From: Dehalococcoidia bacterium
GTDB lineage: Bacteria > Chloroflexota > Dehalococcoidia > UBA2979
DNA: 64,000 nucleotides
NCBI GenBank assembly: GCA_041390685.1
Contig: JAWKPL010000001.1
Location: forward strand, 2,081,581-2,145,580
Direction of reading: 5' to 3'
The notes beneath the pieces were generated by a model. The model was given only the letters and a program-made list of their open reading frames with translations. It ran no database searches and had not been told where the DNA came from. The translations under genes and the position numbers were made by a program. This document shows, piece after piece, positions 61,696 through 64,000 of the stretch. Every line of letters starts with the position of its first letter. The first letter of the stretch is position 1.

Positions 61696-63279
61696 CTACG
61701 GCAGCTGCGGCGCGTCCCGCCCTACGGCTCCCGCGAACTCGAGCAGTTCGAGCATTCCGAACGGCTCGCTCATCGGCCGCCAGCCTCGCACCTGGAAATA
61801 CGAGTTCGGGTCCGCGTCCATGATGCCCGCCAGCGTCTCCGCGATGATCGTCCCTCCCACGCGTCCGATGCGCTCACCGTTGTTCACCACCCCCGACTCC
61901 GCGAGGATGTAGAACCACAGCGGCGCCTCGCCGTTGAACTCCGGCCGCGCTAGTTCGATCGCCGCCTGCGTCGGGTTCCCTGTCGCCGCCGCCAGCTCCG
62001 CGTTCGTCAGCACCGGCGCCCCGATGTGCCTCGCGACTTCCTGCCCGCTCGGGAGGCCCACCTGGACGCCCCGCTGCATGTTCCGCGCGGGAAGCGAAGT
62101 CCGCTCCGGCGAGGTCGGCAACGACTGCGGCGGCAGGTTCAGCAGGTTCGCCGACAGCGTCGCATCGATCCGCCGCGTGCTGTTGAACGGGTCCGGCACC
62201 GGCGGGTTCGGGCTGTCGGGGAAGTGGAAGAAGTTGCGGAAGTCCGCTTTCAGGTGCGCCGGGATCGGCCGGAAGCCGTTCAGGTTCCCGTCCCCGGCCA
62301 CCGGCTGCTGGATCGCGACCCGGTTCGGCGGGTTGATCTGGTAGTTGTTCCGCACCTGCGAATGGCCGAACCGGAACGCCGCCACGGCGAACTCCAGCGG
62401 CGTGAACAGTCGCAGGCGATTGCGGGGCCGATAGTACTGCGTGACCGCCTTCCGCTTGCCATTCGGCAGCAGCCGCACCACCGAGTCCACGACTTCCTGG
62501 CCCACGTTCCGAGGTAGCAGGTCGTTCATCACCACCCACTGGTGGTGGTGCACCGTCGCCCGCCGAGCCTGCGCGAACGTCATCCCCTCGTCCACCAGCC
62601 GGTTGTGGAACCGCGCGAACGCGATGTGCAGCTGGCAGATGATCAGGTTCTCTTCGTTCCGCGGGTCCCCCAGCTTGGCCGTCCCGTCCGCGTTGCGAGG
62701 CAGGTCGAGCACGCCGTGCTCGTTCACCACCAGCAGCAGCTTCGCCGGGTTGGCCGGGTCGCGCACCGCCCCCGCGCTCACCCCGTCCGGCTGGATCGGG
62801 TTGTACAGCGTGTCCAGGTTCAACACCGGCGACCGGAAATTCGTCGCCCCGTCCGGGTCCGACTGCTGGCTGCCCAGCATCTCCCGGTCCATGGTGAGGT
62901 CGTGGTCGGTGAACTGCCCGAAGAACGTGAAGCCGGAGGGCAGGTCGTTGTTGTTCCCCGTCGTGGACCCGTTCGCCGGGTCGCGCATCGTCACCGCCAG
63001 GGCATCGGTCGCCTCCAGCGGCACGTCGAACGCCGGCAGGTCTGGGAACATGAACCCGAACCGCCCCTGCGCGAACCTGCCCCGTCGACGAGGCAGGTTG
63101 ATGCCCCGCATCGAGGCTCCGTGCGCCGCCATCGTCCGCTGCGCCGCCGCTTCCGGCACCCATGCTCCGTGCGCGAAGACCATTCCGGCCAGCGCTCCGG
63201 CGCCCAGGCCCTTCACGAAGGTGCGTCGGGACACGCGGCTTCGTTGCTGCTCTTCATCTGCTCCCGTGGGTTGAGGCAC
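61696..63279 (-). CDS. Secreted haem peroxidase of the animal-peroxidase (peroxidase-cyclooxygenase) superfamily, with a Tat signal
   Basis: FGQFTDHDLT (distal His motif), AAFRFGHSQV (proximal His) and the twin-arginine signal SRRTFVKGLGAGALAG. Trimmed to GTG at 63279, which is preceded by GGAG. The upstream track extension runs into an AT-richer non-coding region. Confidence 0.8.
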   Translation of the reverse strand: MPQPTGADEEQQRSRVSRRTFVKGLGAGALAGMVFAHGAWVPEAAAQRTMAAHGASMRGINLPRRRGRFAQGRFGFMFPDLPAFDVPLEATDALAVTMRDPANGSTTGNNNDLPSGFTFFGQFTDHDLTMDREMLGSQQSDPDGATNFRSPVLNLDTLYNPIQPDGVSAGAVRDPANPAKLLLVVNEHGVLDLPRNADGTAKLGDPRNEENLIICQLHIAFARFHNRLVDEGMTFAQARRATVHHHQWVVMNDLLPRNVGQEVVDSVVRLLPNGKRKAVTQYYRPRNRLRLFTPLEFAVAAFRFGHSQVRNNYQINPPNRVAIQQPVAGDGNLNGFRPIPAHLKADFRNFFHFPDSPNPPVPDPFNSTRRIDATLSANLLNLPPQSLPTSPERTSLPARNMQRGVQVGLPSGQEVARHIGAPVLTNAELAAATGNPTQAAIELARPEFNGEAPLWFYILAESGVVNNGERIGRVGGTIIAETLAGIMDADPNSYFQVRGWRPMSEPFGMLELLEFAGAVGRDAPQLP

Positions 63280-63523
63280 TGAACTCCACTTCGCGTAGTC
63301 ACCAGTTGGTGAACGGAAGATTACGTAAGGTTTTGCCGGTTGTCGATATGAAATCGTAACGACCTGAAAAGTTCCGGTTACGAGTATGTAAGCGCCGGGC
63401 TCGCGCAAACGATTGAGGACGACGCGCACCGAGAACGCGATGCATTTGCGAGGAATTCCGAGGAGACCGCCGACGCCTGCAAGAACCCCGGAGCTACGGT
63501 GCCCTCAATGAAGGGGGGCACCC

Positions 63524-63592
63524 ATGTACATCGGTGTCGGCACGGTACTGGCCATCGTCCTGATCATCCTCTTGCTGGTCTGGCTCTTCTGA
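63524..63592 (+). CDS. Possible 22-aa hydrophobic micro-protein
   Basis: MYIGVGTVLAIVLIILLLVWLF. An AAGGGGGG sequence lies 5 nt upstream of the ATG. It ends 14 nt before the DUF2795 gene. Confidence 0.3.
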   Translation: MYIGVGTVLAIVLIILLLVWLF

Positions 63593-63606
63593 CCCGGCGG
63601 CGGACG

Positions 63607-63840
63607 ATGCAGTCTCGAGCCACGCGCGAGGACTACGATCGCGCTCTCGCAGGCCTCGAGTACCCCGTATCGAAGGCCGCCGTGGTCCGCAATGCGCGCG
63701 ATCACGGCGGCCTCGATACTGAGGTCGCCGCGCTCCTCGACCAGCTCCCCGATCACACCTTCGACTCGCTCTCAGATCTGGTCGAGGCGATCCGCGCGCT
63801 CTATGGCCAGCGAGGCGGCGCCGGCTCTTCGCCGATCTAG
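63607..63840 (+). CDS. DUF2795-family protein
   Basis: Trimmed to ATG at 63607. LEYPVSKAAVVRNARDHGGLDTEVAALLDQLPDHTFDSLSDL matches the DUF2795 pattern (YP.sK..L...A...GA...V...L..LPD..Y.sp.dv). Confidence 0.7.
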   Translation: MQSRATREDYDRALAGLEYPVSKAAVVRNARDHGGLDTEVAALLDQLPDHTFDSLSDLVEAIRALYGQRGGAGSSPI

Positions 63841-63979
63841 CTCACCGCGTCCCGCCGTGCCGGACCAGCCGCGCCGGTGGTGTATAGTGCCGCCGACGCC
63901 TCGCCCTTCCTTGCCGTCCGGGCGCCACCGGGCCGAGGCCGCACACCGGTCTTGTGCGCTGCGCGCAGGAAGGACTCCA

Positions 63980-64000
63980 ATGAGCCCGCAACCCGTCCGG
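63980..64000 (+). CDS. Start of an unidentified CDS running off the right edge
   Basis: ATG at 63980 (MSPQPVR...), preceded by AGGAAGGA. It is too short to identify. Confidence 0.3.

Overview
This is a very GC-rich, gene-dense chromosomal segment. I support about 65 protein genes, 3 tRNAs, one large SRP RNA and one T-box riboswitch.

Most of the content is housekeeping:
- Translation: fmt, gatB, pheT, infC-rpmI-rplT, thrS, lepA, rsmA, cca, and tRNA-Val/Lys/Leu.
- Secretion and chromosome handling: secG, ffs, rnc-smc-ftsY.
- Metabolism: accC plus a BCCP-like gene, fabV, ispE, zwf-pgl, and an orphan nuoEF-like pair.
- DNA transactions: a 5'-3' exonuclease, an exonuclease-DinG fusion, comM, and an SPL-like radical SAM protein.

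Several features suggest a Chloroflexota host (Thermomicrobia or Sphaerobacter-like). These are the Chlor_Arch_YYY (DUF2298) / TIGR03663 membrane pair, the T-box leader, the Alu-containing SRP RNA and the lipoproteins with Pro/Thr linkers. This is inference only, because no rRNA lies in the window.

I found no CRISPR array, transposase, integrase or recognisable defence system.

The most unusual items are:
1. A translationally coupled operon at 30501-32588: cca, two tandem PHD/RING-like C4HC3 mini zinc-finger proteins, and a small 2-TM protein.
2. Two diverged paralogues of an uncharacterised ~260-aa protein (50922-51716 and 60842-61624). Each lies just downstream of a DNA-transaction gene.
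3. An orphan 445-aa three-module protein (22343-23680).
4. An orphan gene rich in A/T-ending codons, wedged between thrS and a lipoprotein gene (11538-12170).
5. The conserved but functionally unknown 4-gene membrane cluster downstream of ftsY (38114-44778).
6. An ACT-ACT-GlnE half-enzyme divergent from an alkaline-phosphatase-family gene.

Many long ORFs in the supplied track are antisense or alternate-frame artefacts of the high GC content, and I rejected them. RNA ends and promoter calls are hand-derived and approximate to a few nucleotides.
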